From the NCBI GenBank assembly GCA_964434255.1, contig CAYSUL010000001.1, positions 181,695 through 245,694 of the forward strand: a stretch of DNA of 64,000 nt, written 5' to 3'. Positions 29,346-39,366 of the stretch are shown here, one piece after another; position 1 is the first letter of the stretch; each line of letters starts with the position of its first letter. A program made the translations under genes and the position numbers. Source of the stretch: an uncultured Candidatus Saccharibacteria bacterium (GTDB taxonomy: Bacteria; Patescibacteriota; Minisyncoccia; Phycocordibacterales; Phycocordibacteraceae). Under the pieces are notes generated by a model. That model ran no database searches. It saw only the letters and a program-made list of their open reading frames with translations, and was not told where the DNA came from.

Positions 29346-29942
29346 ATGACCTATACCGCACGCACGTTTTCCCTACCCGAGCTCTCCGGCCTCTCGAAGA
29401 AGCAGATGGACGTCCACCTCGCCCTCTACGAAGGGTACGTGAAGCATGTGAACGTCATCCTCGACACCATCAAGCGGTTGCGGGATGAGGACGCTGAGGC
29501 GAACGCATTCGTGATGAACGAGCTCCGCCGTCGCCTCGGATTCGAGTTCGATGGCATGCGCATGCACGAGTACTATTTCGAGCAGCTCGAGAAGGGACCA
29601 AGCCAAGCCGCGGAGGATTCTCCGCTCGCAAATGCAGCGTCCGAGAAGTACGGCAACTGGGCGAGCTTCATAACGCACCTGAAGGAAGTCGCGGGCACGC
29701 GCGGCATCGGCTGGGTCGTCACGTACTTCGATCCACGGATAAATTCTCTCCATACCGCCTTCGTCGGCGACCATGAGCTCGGGCAGCTCGCTGGCCTTCC
29801 TATCATCCTCGCTATCGACCTATGGGAGCATGCGTACATGGTCGACTACGTTCCGGCGGAGAAGAAGACCTATGTCGATGCATTCCTCGCGAGCGTGGAT
29901 TGGGATCTCGTGAACGAACGCTTCGCGAACGCAGCGACGTAG
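29346..29942 (+). CDS. sod: Fe/Mn superoxide dismutase family protein
   Basis: DLWEHAY, HEYYF; first metal-ligand region is atypical. Confidence 0.9.
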   Translation: MTYTARTFSLPELSGLSKKQMDVHLALYEGYVKHVNVILDTIKRLRDEDAEANAFVMNELRRRLGFEFDGMRMHEYYFEQLEKGPSQAAEDSPLANAASEKYGNWASFITHLKEVAGTRGIGWVVTYFDPRINSLHTAFVGDHELGQLAGLPIILAIDLWEHAYMVDYVPAEKKTYVDAFLASVDWDLVNERFANAAT

Positions 29943-29948
29943 AACAAG

Positions 29949-31424
29949 TCAGATAGAAGGAGCGTCTGCGACAGATATCGCGGGCGCTTTTTCTTTGAGC
30001 GCGCGCATACCGAATGCCAGGAGCAGGTACAGAAGAATCACTATCCAGAACGGGAACAGCGGAATGGTCAGGCTCGCGAACGGGAGCGCTGCACTGAGCT
30101 CTGCGACTTCGACCAAGTACCAGAGCAGAAGAAGCGCAGGAAGCCCAGCAATGGTCGCGAAGACGGGCATGAGGATACCGACGAATCCCGCGATCGCGGA
30201 GAAGAGCATTGCGAGCGGAACGACCGGAAGCGCGAGCACGTTCGCCGGAAGCGCGACGAGCGAGAGGTTCCCCGTCTGGTACAGAAGAAGCGGAAGCACG
30301 AAGAGCTGCGCTGCAATAGTAGTCGCGATGATATCGCGCAGGAATGCATTCCGGATGCGCACGAGGTGCGGCTCGATGATGGGGCTTCCTATGATAAGTC
30401 CGAGCGTGGCGACGAATGAGAATTGGAATCCTGGGTCATGCACGAGGAGAAGCGGGTTCCATAAAAGCATGATGACGAGCACGAAGACGAGAGCGCGTAA
30501 TGCGTCGTAGGTGCGACCGCTCGCGCGCGCAAATAATCCCAAGCCCGCCATGATGCCCGCGCGCGCTGCGGACGCCCCGGCACCTGCCGCAAGCACGAAG
30601 AGAAGTATCGTGAACCCGGCGAGCACTATCGCCACCCGCTTCCGGAGGAAGCTGAACGCGCGCAACATCGCCTCGGCGATTACCATCACGTTGTATCCCG
30701 ACAGGACGACGATGGGTAGGAGACCCGCGATGGTGAACGCCTCGAGCAGCTCCTTCCCGAGCCCCTGCTTCCCTCCCGTGATTATCCCGACGGCGAGGCT
30801 CGCGTAGGGTTCCGGAAGTGCGTTGGATAATCCATGCACGAAGAGATGCTTCGTTTCGTAGAGGTACCTACGGAGGCTAGGCTGGTCATCGAGCAGTCGT
30901 ATCTTCGCGAAGCCTATGATGCCGAAGACGCCGTCCTTGGCGAGGAAGCTATCGTACCGGAAGGTGCGCCCGCCATCGGTCACGAAGGGTTCAGGACGCT
31001 CGAGCGTTCCGCGCACCTCAAGGACCTGCCCATGCGAGAGCTCGGGGTACAAAGGGGCGACCACGAGCATGCGCGTGCGCTCTCCTTCGTGTTCCACGGC
31101 GAGCGTGACACGCTGCGTGGTCTCCCGAATGTCGGGGTCGCCCTCAATCCTTCCGGTAAGAACAACCTTGGTATCGAAGAGCGGGAGGAATGCATCGGGA
31201 GCTGCGACAGGAGCGACAGCTACGCGCACCATTCCAACGAGAAGCCCAAGAAGGCAGAGGGCTGATAGGACATAGGCTTCGCTCCTTTTGAGGAGCGATA
31301 AAAAAGATAAAGAAAAGATGATGGACGCCAACAGCGCCATCACTTCCCAGGATATCAAGAGTAGCGAAGCCAGGGCGATCCCCAGAATGAACGATAAAAT
31401 CGCAAAGATAAGCCGCCTGGGCAC
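29949..31424 (-). CDS. comEC: ComEC/Rec2 competence membrane protein (DUF4131 + competence domain)
   Basis: AGLLPIVVLSGYN, GFQFSF, multiple TM helices; GTG leaderless start. Confidence 0.93.
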   Translation of the reverse strand: MPRRLIFAILSFILGIALASLLLISWEVMALLASIIFSLSFLSLLKRSEAYVLSALCLLGLLVGMVRVAVAPVAAPDAFLPLFDTKVVLTGRIEGDPDIRETTQRVTLAVEHEGERTRMLVVAPLYPELSHGQVLEVRGTLERPEPFVTDGGRTFRYDSFLAKDGVFGIIGFAKIRLLDDQPSLRRYLYETKHLFVHGLSNALPEPYASLAVGIITGGKQGLGKELLEAFTIAGLLPIVVLSGYNVMVIAEAMLRAFSFLRKRVAIVLAGFTILLFVLAAGAGASAARAGIMAGLGLFARASGRTYDALRALVFVLVIMLLWNPLLLVHDPGFQFSFVATLGLIIGSPIIEPHLVRIRNAFLRDIIATTIAAQLFVLPLLLYQTGNLSLVALPANVLALPVVPLAMLFSAIAGFVGILMPVFATIAGLPALLLLWYLVEVAELSAALPFASLTIPLFPFWIVILLYLLLAFGMRALKEKAPAISVADAPSI

Positions 31425-31480
31425 ACGGCTATTCTAGGAAACAAATATGAAGAAAAGCTGGAGGAAGTATGAAACCGGTT

Positions 31481-31903
31481 TTATCGACCCCTATCCATCG
31501 CGATATTGGCGAGTTCGTCCGCGTCCTTGTTCTTCTCCCGGTACACATGCTCGAATGAAACCTCTCCAAAGGAGCGCGCGAGGAGATTCTTGAGTACCAG
31601 ATGCCGTGGAACAAGATTAGGGTGCTTCACCTTGTAGTTGCCCTTGAGCTGCTCGATGACGAGCTTGGAGTCCATACGGATGGTAAGCGGGGTCGACTTC
31701 AAGATCTCGAGAGGGTATTCCTTGGAAAGCGCGGTGAGTCCGCGAATGACCGCCTCGTACTCCGCGATGTTGTTGGTCGCAACGCCGAGATAATCAGAGA
31801 CTTCGACCACACGCTTCCCAAGCGAATCGAAGACGACCGAGCCCGCACCTGCAGGCCCCGGGTTCCCGCGAGCACCGCCATCGGCATAGAGCGTGAAATG
31901 CAT
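31481..31903 (-). CDS. rnhA: Ribonuclease HI
   Basis: DGGARGNPGPAG, TNNIAEY, DSKLV, NKDADELAN. Confidence 0.95.
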   Translation of the reverse strand: MHFTLYADGGARGNPGPAGAGSVVFDSLGKRVVEVSDYLGVATNNIAEYEAVIRGLTALSKEYPLEILKSTPLTIRMDSKLVIEQLKGNYKVKHPNLVPRHLVLKNLLARSFGEVSFEHVYREKNKDADELANIAMDRGR

Positions 31904-31927
31904 GGGAGGAGTATACCAAGTAATGAA

Positions 31928-31953
31928 GGCCGCCCGCGTCTCCGCGGGCGGTT
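31928..31953 (-). terminator. Intrinsic terminator
   Basis: ccgcccgcg-tctc-cgcgggcgg. Confidence 0.7.
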
Positions 31954-31956
31954 CTC

Positions 31957-32106
31957 TCACAGGAAGGGACAGCCGTCTTCTTCGGGCAGCGATTCCAATT
32001 TCTCGCGACCCCCTTCCCGTATTGATGTGATCCACTCACTCAGGTCGTAGAGCGCAGCGGCCACCATTTCACCGATATGGGTGAGTTGTCGTTCGAGCCA
32101 TTGCAT
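31957..32106 (-). CDS. 49-aa orphan peptide (MQWLERQLTHIGEMV...), SD-led cassette
   Basis: Hand translation; GGGAGGAGG SD 5 nt before ATG; terminator right after TGA. Confidence 0.65.
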   Translation of the reverse strand: MQWLERQLTHIGEMVAAALYDLSEWITSIREGGREKLESLPEEDGCPFL

Positions 32107-32144
32107 AGGAACCTCCTCCCACTGACTTCATAGAACGCCCGCTG

Positions 32145-33866
32145 CTACCGGATGTCAATGATGCGCAATCGCACCGGCTGACCGCGCGAGAACGTGTCGC
32201 GCTCGAGATGAACGAGCAGCGATGTGCGACCACCCACGAGGAGCGCATCGCACGAGCTTCCGAGCTCGCGCCTCGCATAGAAAGAAATCGCTTCGATGGT
32301 GTCGCTCCCGAACTCGTCGCGCAGCAGCTTCACGCGCAAGTGCTCCCCCGCCTTCCCGAACCACGAGACCTCCGAGAGCTCTATGTGCGAGAGCGCGAAC
32401 GCTGGCTTGCTGTTGCCCATACCGAACGGCGCGAACCGCTCGAGCGAGAGCAGCGTCTTTACCGACACCTGTTCGGGAGTGAGGTGCGCATCCGCTCTCG
32501 ACTCCTCTGCGTCATGCTTCGGAAGCGTAGCGAGCGCTTCCACGAGACGCGCCTCGAGGTCGAATACCTTGTCGGGCGCAACCGAGAATCCGCCCGAGGC
32601 CGCGTGCCCACCGAACTCGATGAATGCATCGGTCGCCGCGTGCATGAGCTCGTTCACGCTCGTCTTCCCTCCCGCCCTACACGAACCCTTGAGCGTCTCG
32701 TTCCCTTCACGTCCCCAGAGGAATACCGGACGACTGTATTCTTCCGCGATACCGTTCGCGACAAGTCCCAGAAGTCCCGGACGCCAATCCGGGTCGCCCA
32801 TGACGATGACTGCAGGAAGCTCTCCTTCAAGCTTCCGTTTCTCGATGCGTTCATGCACCGCCTTCGTCGTTGCGCCTGCGACCGCACGCCTGGAACGATT
32901 CGTCGCTTCGAGCAGCTTCGCGAGCTCGTCCGCTTCGCTCTCATCCTCCGTCGTGAAGAGACGGAACGCATCGCGCGGGTCCCCCATCCTTGAAGCTGCA
33001 TTCACCCTCGGCGCGATCATGAAACCGACGTCGTCCTCCGTGATGCGCTTCTGGTCCACGCGCGCGACCTTGCATAATCGCTGGAGACCGAGGCGCGGTG
33101 ACTTCCGCATCACCATGAGCCCGTATTTCGCGATAACCCGGTTCTCTCCACGAAGGGGCACCATGTCAGCGATGGTCGAGAGCCCTGCCATATCAAGGAG
33201 CCACTTCTCCCATCCAGGCGCGATATCCTCCCTTCCAGCGAAACCATGCTGCAAGGTCGCGCACGCGAGCTTCCAGGCGATGCCTCCGCCGCACAGGTCC
33301 AGGAATGGATACGTCTCGTCCTCACGTGCCTTCGGATCCACGACCGCATACGCAGGAGGAAGATCACCCGAGGGTAGATGGTGGTCCGTGACGATGACCT
33401 CCATGCCGAGCTCATTCGCTCGCGCGACAGCACTGTTGTCGACGATGCCCACATCCACCGTGACGATGAGCTTCGTTCCCTCCCTAGCGAGCTTCTCGAT
33501 GCCGGGGATATTCATCCCGTACCCTTCCAAGTGACGATGCGGGATATAGTTCGTGAAATCAGCGCCCGCCTTCTTGAGGAAGTCATGGAGGACGACACCG
33601 CCCGGAATACCATCGCAGTCATAGTCGCTCCACACCGTTACCCGTTCCTTCTCGCTTATCGCACGCGCAAGACGTTCGGCTGCTTTGGGCATATCCGTCA
33701 TGAGCATCGGGTCATGGATATGCTCATCGTATGAGGGCGAGAGGAACGCCTCGGCTTCTTCGGCTGTCGTTATCCCCCTCCTGGCAAGGAGCGATGCCGT
33801 GAAATCATCGTATGCGCGGAGCGTATTGCGCGACTTCTCATCAAGGGGGTCATGGAGCGGGAACAT
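32145..33866 (-). CDS. recJ: ssDNA exonuclease RecJ
   Basis: DYDCDG, TDHH, FGGHAASGG; leaderless TGaTACAAT. Confidence 0.96.
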   Translation of the reverse strand: MFPLHDPLDEKSRNTLRAYDDFTASLLARRGITTAEEAEAFLSPSYDEHIHDPMLMTDMPKAAERLARAISEKERVTVWSDYDCDGIPGGVVLHDFLKKAGADFTNYIPHRHLEGYGMNIPGIEKLAREGTKLIVTVDVGIVDNSAVARANELGMEVIVTDHHLPSGDLPPAYAVVDPKAREDETYPFLDLCGGGIAWKLACATLQHGFAGREDIAPGWEKWLLDMAGLSTIADMVPLRGENRVIAKYGLMVMRKSPRLGLQRLCKVARVDQKRITEDDVGFMIAPRVNAASRMGDPRDAFRLFTTEDESEADELAKLLEATNRSRRAVAGATTKAVHERIEKRKLEGELPAVIVMGDPDWRPGLLGLVANGIAEEYSRPVFLWGREGNETLKGSCRAGGKTSVNELMHAATDAFIEFGGHAASGGFSVAPDKVFDLEARLVEALATLPKHDAEESRADAHLTPEQVSVKTLLSLERFAPFGMGNSKPAFALSHIELSEVSWFGKAGEHLRVKLLRDEFGSDTIEAISFYARRELGSSCDALLVGGRTSLLVHLERDTFSRGQPVRLRIIDIR

Positions 33867-33912
33867 GTGGGCGCATTGTATCAAAAGCCGGACCTGTCGT
33901 ATCCTTGAGCAT

Positions 33913-34326
33913 ATGGAACCGACTATTTTCGAGAAGATACTCAGCCGCGAGATACCAGCGAATATCATCTATGAAGATGGCGATACGCTCGCATTCCTCG
34001 ATATCGCACCGAACAACCCCGGCCACACGCTCATCATCCCGAAGGTGCACTCCCGGAACCTTCTCGATATCACCGAGGATTCCTGGCTCGCTGTCATGCG
34101 TACCGCACGCAAGCTCGCGCCCATCATCAAGGAAGCGGTCGGTGCCGATGGGATCAATATCGCGATGAATAACGAGCCGGCTGCGGGCCAGGTCGTGTTC
34201 CACGCGCATGTTCACCTCATCCCGCGCCACGAAGGCGACGGCTTCACGCACTTCCCGCAAGGGAAATACGAGGACGGCGAAGCGGAAGCGCTCGCAGAAC
34301 GGATTAAGGCAAGGATCGCCAACTAA
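33913..34326 (+). CDS. HIT-family nucleotide hydrolase (Hint-like)
   Basis: PGHTLIIPK, GQVVFHAHVHLIPR; leaderless. Confidence 0.95.
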   Translation: MEPTIFEKILSREIPANIIYEDGDTLAFLDIAPNNPGHTLIIPKVHSRNLLDITEDSWLAVMRTARKLAPIIKEAVGADGINIAMNNEPAAGQVVFHAHVHLIPRHEGDGFTHFPQGKYEDGEAEALAERIKARIAN

Positions 34327-35456
34327 CGAAGCGCGTCGATACCCGGAAGCGAACCGTCCGCGAGGAAGTCGAGCATTGCGCCCCCACCCGTGGAGACGAA
34401 CGAGATGCGACCATCGAGCCCCAGCTTCTCTATCGCAGCAATGGTGTCGCCTCCCCCAACGATCGAGTGGGCATTCGACTGCGCGATGATGCGCACGAGC
34501 GCCTCGGTCGCATCAGTAAATCCCTTCTCATAGTTGCCGAGCGGACCGTTCCACAGGACGGTCTTCGCTTTTCCTATGAGCTCGCTCAAAAGCTCGACGG
34601 TCTTGGGCCCATCATCAAGTATGGCCTCATTCGGAGCGACTACCGTCACGCCCGAAAGATGCCCGTCCTCGCGCTTGCTTCCCCTGGGCGCGACGACATA
34701 GTCGACGGGCAGCTTCAACTTCGGGTTCTCGAGAATCTTCTTGAGCGCAGCGTGGTCGGCTCCCGACACGAGCGATGCCCCTACCGGTTCCCCCTTCGCT
34801 TGCATGAAATCGTTCGCGAGCGCGCCGCCCACGAACACATGGTCATACGACGCAAGCAGCGTAGCGAGCACCGGTTCTTTCGTAGAGAACTTCGCGCCGC
34901 CCATGATGGCGAGCGATGGGCGTTTCGGGTTAAGCGCCTTGGTGAGTTCCATCACCTCCTTCTCCACCTGGAAGCCAGCATATGACGGAAGGAGCTCTGG
35001 TACTCCTATGACCGAAGCATGCGCACGATGGCAGACATCGAATGAGTCTTGGACGAAGATGTCCGCGAGCATTGCGAGCTCTGCTGCGAACGCTGGATCA
35101 TTCTCCCTCTCCCCTTTGTCGCGACGTAAATTCTCCAGCATGAGCACATCGCCCGGTACCGTATCGCGCACGGCCTGCCGAGCCACGGGACCGGTCGCGC
35201 TTTCGCAGAACCGAATGTTCGGAATGAACTCCTTCATCGCTTCGTATACCGGACGGAGCGTTTCCGTCCCCTTGTCGCCGATGTGCCCTATGAGGATCAC
35301 TCGCGCATGGTGCTTCCGCAGGAATTCGATTGAAGCGAGCGCGCTACGGAGCCGGAACGTATTCATAACTCTCCCGTCCGCGACCGGTACATTGAGCGCG
35401 GCGCGCACCAATACCGGTACGTTCTCAAGATGAGTGATATCGCGCAGCGTTTTCAT
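34323..35456 (-). CDS. pgk: Phosphoglycerate kinase
   Basis: LENLR, WNGPLG, GGGDT, STGGGAML. Confidence 0.96.
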   Translation of the reverse strand: MKTLRDITHLENVPVLVRAALNVPVADGRVMNTFRLRSALASIEFLRKHHARVILIGHIGDKGTETLRPVYEAMKEFIPNIRFCESATGPVARQAVRDTVPGDVLMLENLRRDKGERENDPAFAAELAMLADIFVQDSFDVCHRAHASVIGVPELLPSYAGFQVEKEVMELTKALNPKRPSLAIMGGAKFSTKEPVLATLLASYDHVFVGGALANDFMQAKGEPVGASLVSGADHAALKKILENPKLKLPVDYVVAPRGSKREDGHLSGVTVVAPNEAILDDGPKTVELLSELIGKAKTVLWNGPLGNYEKGFTDATEALVRIIAQSNAHSIVGGGDTIAAIEKLGLDGRISFVSTGGGAMLDFLADGSLPGIDALR

Positions 35457-35495
35457 GTGTCCCATGATACCGCGCATAAAGAAAAACGGCGGGAG

Positions 35496-35984
35496 TCATC
35501 CCGCCGCCCTTTTCATCGCCTCGCTCGCACGCAGCTCAGCCCGTAACTTCATCCAGATCCTTCCGAGATGATTCAGGCCCTTTCCGTCGGGCCCTCTGCC
35601 CCAGAACCCATCCTTAGGCGAATCCTCGATCAGCTCGCGATTACCGCTCGCAAGCAACTCCTTCTGCAGGAAGGCATGCTGTTCGAGCTTCGCACGGAGT
35701 ATCTGCTCCATGACGCAGAGCTTCTCCTCTTCCCAGTCCGGGCGGACGTGCTCGAGGCACTCCGCCACGAGTTCTCGTGCGCGCTTCTTAGCAAGATGCG
35801 CGGAAGACTGCCTGAAGATGTCCTCCTTGTCCTGCTTCAGGATGAACTTCTCGGACTGATACGCGTGCTCCGAGGTCATCCATAGGCGACCCTTCCAGAA
35901 GACTGCGAACGACGCGAAATTCGAGAATCCATAGAACCGCTGCTCATAGAAGCGCACGGACCCCTTAATCTGTTTCCGTCCCAT
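35496..35984 (-). CDS. NADAR (YbiA-like) family hydrolase, SD-led
   Basis: FSNF, TSEHAYQSEKF, LIEDSPKDGFWG.G.DG.GLNHLGRIWMKLR; GGGAG SD. Confidence 0.92.
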   Translation of the reverse strand: MGRKQIKGSVRFYEQRFYGFSNFASFAVFWKGRLWMTSEHAYQSEKFILKQDKEDIFRQSSAHLAKKRARELVAECLEHVRPDWEEEKLCVMEQILRAKLEQHAFLQKELLASGNRELIEDSPKDGFWGRGPDGKGLNHLGRIWMKLRAELRASEAMKRAAG

Positions 35985-36048
35985 GCCCGTCTCCCATCAA
36001 AAAGAACTGCCCTGACAATACAGGACAGCACCTCTTCCGCAACCGGAC

Positions 36049-36789
36049 TTATGAAATCGCCTTCACGAGCGCACCGTACGTAGGTACGTCCACGCTCGCG
36101 TGCCCGATGAGGAATCCATCCACTCCACTACCGCTCGCAAGCTGCCGGATGTTCGTGGGCTCCACCGAGCCGCCATAGAGAATGCGTACTTTCTGATTCG
36201 CCTTGCCGGGAATGTAGTCACCGAGCACCTTACGTATATATAGGACGAGCTCTCCGAGGTCGGGAGGAGTAATGGCTTCGCCCGCCGCTTTCCCGATAGC
36301 CCAGATAGGTTCGTATGCGATGACTATGGAGAGGCGTTCCTTAGGGGTGAGCTGGCTGAATACTGCAGCTACCTGCTCGCGTATATGCTTCAGGTACCGC
36401 GCATCCTCGTCGCGCTCGCGTTCGCCAATACAGAGGATGGGAGTGAGTCGATGTGCGAGCGCGTGCCGCACCTTCTCGAGCACTTGGCTGTCGGTTTCCC
36501 CTCCCGCACGACGCTCCGAGTGCCCGACGATGACGTATGAAGCCCCCGCACCTGCCACAGCTGCTGCGGTCACCTCTCCGGTCTGCGCTCCTCCGGTGGT
36601 AAGCGATATATCTTGGGCCGCGAACTTCACCTTGGACTTTCCGGACGCCAATAGCCCGAGGAACGGCGCGGGTGGAGCGAGCACGAGCTCATGCGCACCC
36701 TTCCCCGCAAGACGATTAGCGATAGCGACAAGCGCCTTGGCCTTCTCCGTCCTTTCTACGTATGCCTTCCAATTCGAGACGATGAGCAT
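36049..36789 (-). CDS. tpiA: Triosephosphate isomerase
   Basis: NWK, GHSERR, AYEPIWAIG, LYGGSV; start after TGgTATCAT. Confidence 0.97.
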   Translation of the reverse strand: MLIVSNWKAYVERTEKAKALVAIANRLAGKGAHELVLAPPAPFLGLLASGKSKVKFAAQDISLTTGGAQTGEVTAAAVAGAGASYVIVGHSERRAGGETDSQVLEKVRHALAHRLTPILCIGERERDEDARYLKHIREQVAAVFSQLTPKERLSIVIAYEPIWAIGKAAGEAITPPDLGELVLYIRKVLGDYIPGKANQKVRILYGGSVEPTNIRQLASGSGVDGFLIGHASVDVPTYGALVKAIS

Positions 36790-36819
36790 GTCCCTCATGA
36801 TACCAGGTCGGCGATATGA

Positions 36820-36847
36820 AAAGGCGGCCGCGTGCGCGACCGCCTTG
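36820..36847 (-). terminator. Intrinsic terminator
   Basis: aaggcggccgcg-tg-cgcgaccgcctt. Confidence 0.7.
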
Positions 36848-36860
36848 TCCCTGTCTGAAC

Positions 36861-37289
36861 CTATTCGCCCTTACCGGCGAGCTTCAGCAGGCCGTCGCTC
36901 ACCCGATGCAGGCATCGTTCGAGCGGACTCTTCCCGTCCACGGTTCCCCCGTATTCAGTGGGAGGTATCCCGTGCTCTTCGAGCAGGACCCGTCCGTTCG
37001 GCAGGAGCAGAATCAGAAACTGCGCGTCTCCCGTAACGAATCTGCTGCCCTTTGCCCAAGAACGCACGCCGCCTTCTTTCTTAAGAAGAACGGTTATGCA
37101 CTCCATTTCCGCGCGCGAATCCTCCGGAACAAAGCCGTAGGAACATTGTCTGGACGCGATACTGACCTCAGAGTCCTCGAGCCGAGTGAGCGGTTCAAGG
37201 ATGGTCTCTATCGCGTATAGGACTCCGAGCGCGACTTGCGATACCACCGTAAGAGCGCGGTGGGTAGGGACTAATCTATCCGCGGACAT
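36861..37289 (-). CDS. 142-aa orphan protein, SD-led cassette
   Basis: GAGGTGA SD before ATG 37289. Confidence 0.65.
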   Translation of the reverse strand: MSADRLVPTHRALTVVSQVALGVLYAIETILEPLTRLEDSEVSIASRQCSYGFVPEDSRAEMECITVLLKKEGGVRSWAKGSRFVTGDAQFLILLLPNGRVLLEEHGIPPTEYGGTVDGKSPLERCLHRVSDGLLKLAGKGE

Positions 37290-37354
37290 TGCTTCACCTC
37301 GCCCAATGTGTGTTCCATCACCATTACGCACCCAATCATCAGGAAAATCAAGCG

Positions 37355-38770
37355 TTACTCCTCCCGCCAATCCACGAACTGGTAATCATTGCTCACCGCC
37401 GGCGTGAACGCCGGAGGGTCGGTCGCAAGCTGCCTATCATACGCATCGATGCGAGTACCGTAGCCTGCAAAGTTCCCGCATCCACCGTTCCATTTCGTGC
37501 CGGTCCGCTTGTTCGACACCGTGGTCCCCCTGATGGTTAGTTGCGTTTTGGGTTCGTATAAAGAAGAGCACCCGCTGTAGTAATTGCGCCCGAACGCCCC
37601 TCCCTGCGCAATGAAGATACCGTTGAGCGTCATAGTAGCGGGAGAGTCCGGCGTGATGAGGATGTCGTGCTCGGCGATGAACGTAAGCCCATCGGAACCG
37701 TCGCCCGCCTGGTACACGGTATTCCCGCGCAGGTACCCGTTCGGCGCGATACCGGCGTCGACCACATTCGCGGCGACGATGGTCACCTTATCGGTCACCG
37801 TCCCCTCTATCCAGACATGGTCCTCGATGAACATGAATTTGCAGTTGGCGGGAAGCGTGTAGGTGGCGTAGAACGTTTCGTTCTGCATGAGCGCCCGATC
37901 GGTAGAGCCGTCAGCGCTGTTAACCGGCGTCACATTCAACTGCGTTGTCGACGTTACTCGATTCACGGTGATGGTGCCGTTCGCATTAAAGATGAGGTGA
38001 TAGCCCTTCCAGTAGGCAGCGCCGTTGCTGTTGCCGGTGGAATACCGAGGCAGGTAGATGCCGTTCGTCTGGGCTATCGTCTTCAAGCTCCCGAAGTCCG
38101 CTGAGATACCGGCGAAGTCGACCTGCGGCGCAGGATAACTCCACAAGGTCTGATTAGGCCCCGCGCCCCACACTCCGTTCTTCGTCGCGCTCGGGCTGCA
38201 GCCGAATGACGAGGTACAGAGCCAGGTCGAGAGCGAGCTCGTGACGGGCGCGTTCGCGGTACCGTCCATGCGGATGCCTCCGTTGCTGTGATACGGCCCA
38301 TTGATGACGCGATCGGCACCTGCCCATACGCTATCGTTCAGCACATAGGAATACTGCGCGACGGTCGGGCGTGTGTACCGCACCGAAATGGTGCGCGATG
38401 TGTTGCTGCCGGTTGGCTGACCAGTGGACGAAAGATCGACCGAAGTCGTCTGCCCGCACGAGGTGTTCCCCACCACATCGAGCGTGACCTCGCCTGCCAC
38501 ACCGCCCTCAGGATCGTTGTATGAAAGTACGTACGGCCCTGGCTGTCCGGTGCCGTTCGTCAGATCACTGGGATAGTGCGCGAGGAACCATCGGTAGTAT
38601 TCGAGCCCCGCTTCCGCGAGCGAGAATGCGCGGGCGCGTTCCGTGCTTACGTTCTGCAAACGATTCTCGGTCAGGACGAAGCTCGCGAGGCTTCCGAGCA
38701 CGGTAAGGAATATCGCCCCGAATACGAGACCGAGGAGGAGGAGATATCCGCGTGAAGGAGCGTTGCGCAT
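37355..38770 (-). CDS. PilX-like minor pilin
   Basis: RG|YLLLLGLVFG prepilin-like N-terminus, AFSLAEAGLE; start approximate. Confidence 0.85.
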   Translation of the reverse strand: MRNAPSRGYLLLLGLVFGAIFLTVLGSLASFVLTENRLQNVSTERARAFSLAEAGLEYYRWFLAHYPSDLTNGTGQPGPYVLSYNDPEGGVAGEVTLDVVGNTSCGQTTSVDLSSTGQPTGSNTSRTISVRYTRPTVAQYSYVLNDSVWAGADRVINGPYHSNGGIRMDGTANAPVTSSLSTWLCTSSFGCSPSATKNGVWGAGPNQTLWSYPAPQVDFAGISADFGSLKTIAQTNGIYLPRYSTGNSNGAAYWKGYHLIFNANGTITVNRVTSTTQLNVTPVNSADGSTDRALMQNETFYATYTLPANCKFMFIEDHVWIEGTVTDKVTIVAANVVDAGIAPNGYLRGNTVYQAGDGSDGLTFIAEHDILITPDSPATMTLNGIFIAQGGAFGRNYYSGCSSLYEPKTQLTIRGTTVSNKRTGTKWNGGCGNFAGYGTRIDAYDRQLATDPPAFTPAVSNDYQFVDWREE

Positions 38771-38780
38771 ACCTTCCATA

Positions 38781-39362
38781 CTACTCGGCACGCAGGTTCC
38801 GGAGCGTCGCCGTTCCGGATAACCGAAAGACGTTCGGCAGGCGGTTCGGGTTGAGGTCCACGTCCATCGTCACCCCGACCGCACGGATGAGCGTAATGGT
38901 AACGGGGTACGCAAGCGCGGTACCGTCGGAACCGTAGTAGGTGAATATCGGCGTCGAGGTCGCGTTCTTCACGTAGGTCGCGACCGTCTCTATCGTTTCC
39001 GGCTGCCCCGTATAGGTCGCAGGATTCCCCGCCGAGCTCGTGATGCCTCGGTAAAGATTCCCGTTGGAAAGATAGGCGCGCACTCGTTCGATACCGCCGT
39101 CCTGGTCGATATCCGCATAGAAGGTCGCGCTCGAGGTCGCGGCAAGCGTAACGAGATACGCGCCATCATCACCATAGGATGCTTCGCGGAAGTTCTGGAG
39201 CGTAAGCGCGAGGCCGCGACGCGCGCTGTCGAGGGCGACCGACTGCTCGAGTATGTAGGCATTACTGCGATAGAAGTACTGGATGGAACCGACGAGGGCT
39301 GCGCCTGCGACCGCTACGATACCGACCACTACTATGGTCTCGGCGAGCGTGAAGCCCCGCAT
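38781..39362 (-). CDS. PilW/GspJ-like minor pilin
   Basis: MRG|FTLAETIVVVGI. Confidence 0.88.
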   Translation of the reverse strand: MRGFTLAETIVVVGIVAVAGAALVGSIQYFYRSNAYILEQSVALDSARRGLALTLQNFREASYGDDGAYLVTLAATSSATFYADIDQDGGIERVRAYLSNGNLYRGITSSAGNPATYTGQPETIETVATYVKNATSTPIFTYYGSDGTALAYPVTITLIRAVGVTMDVDLNPNRLPNVFRLSGTATLRNLRAE

Positions 39363-39366
39363 TTGA

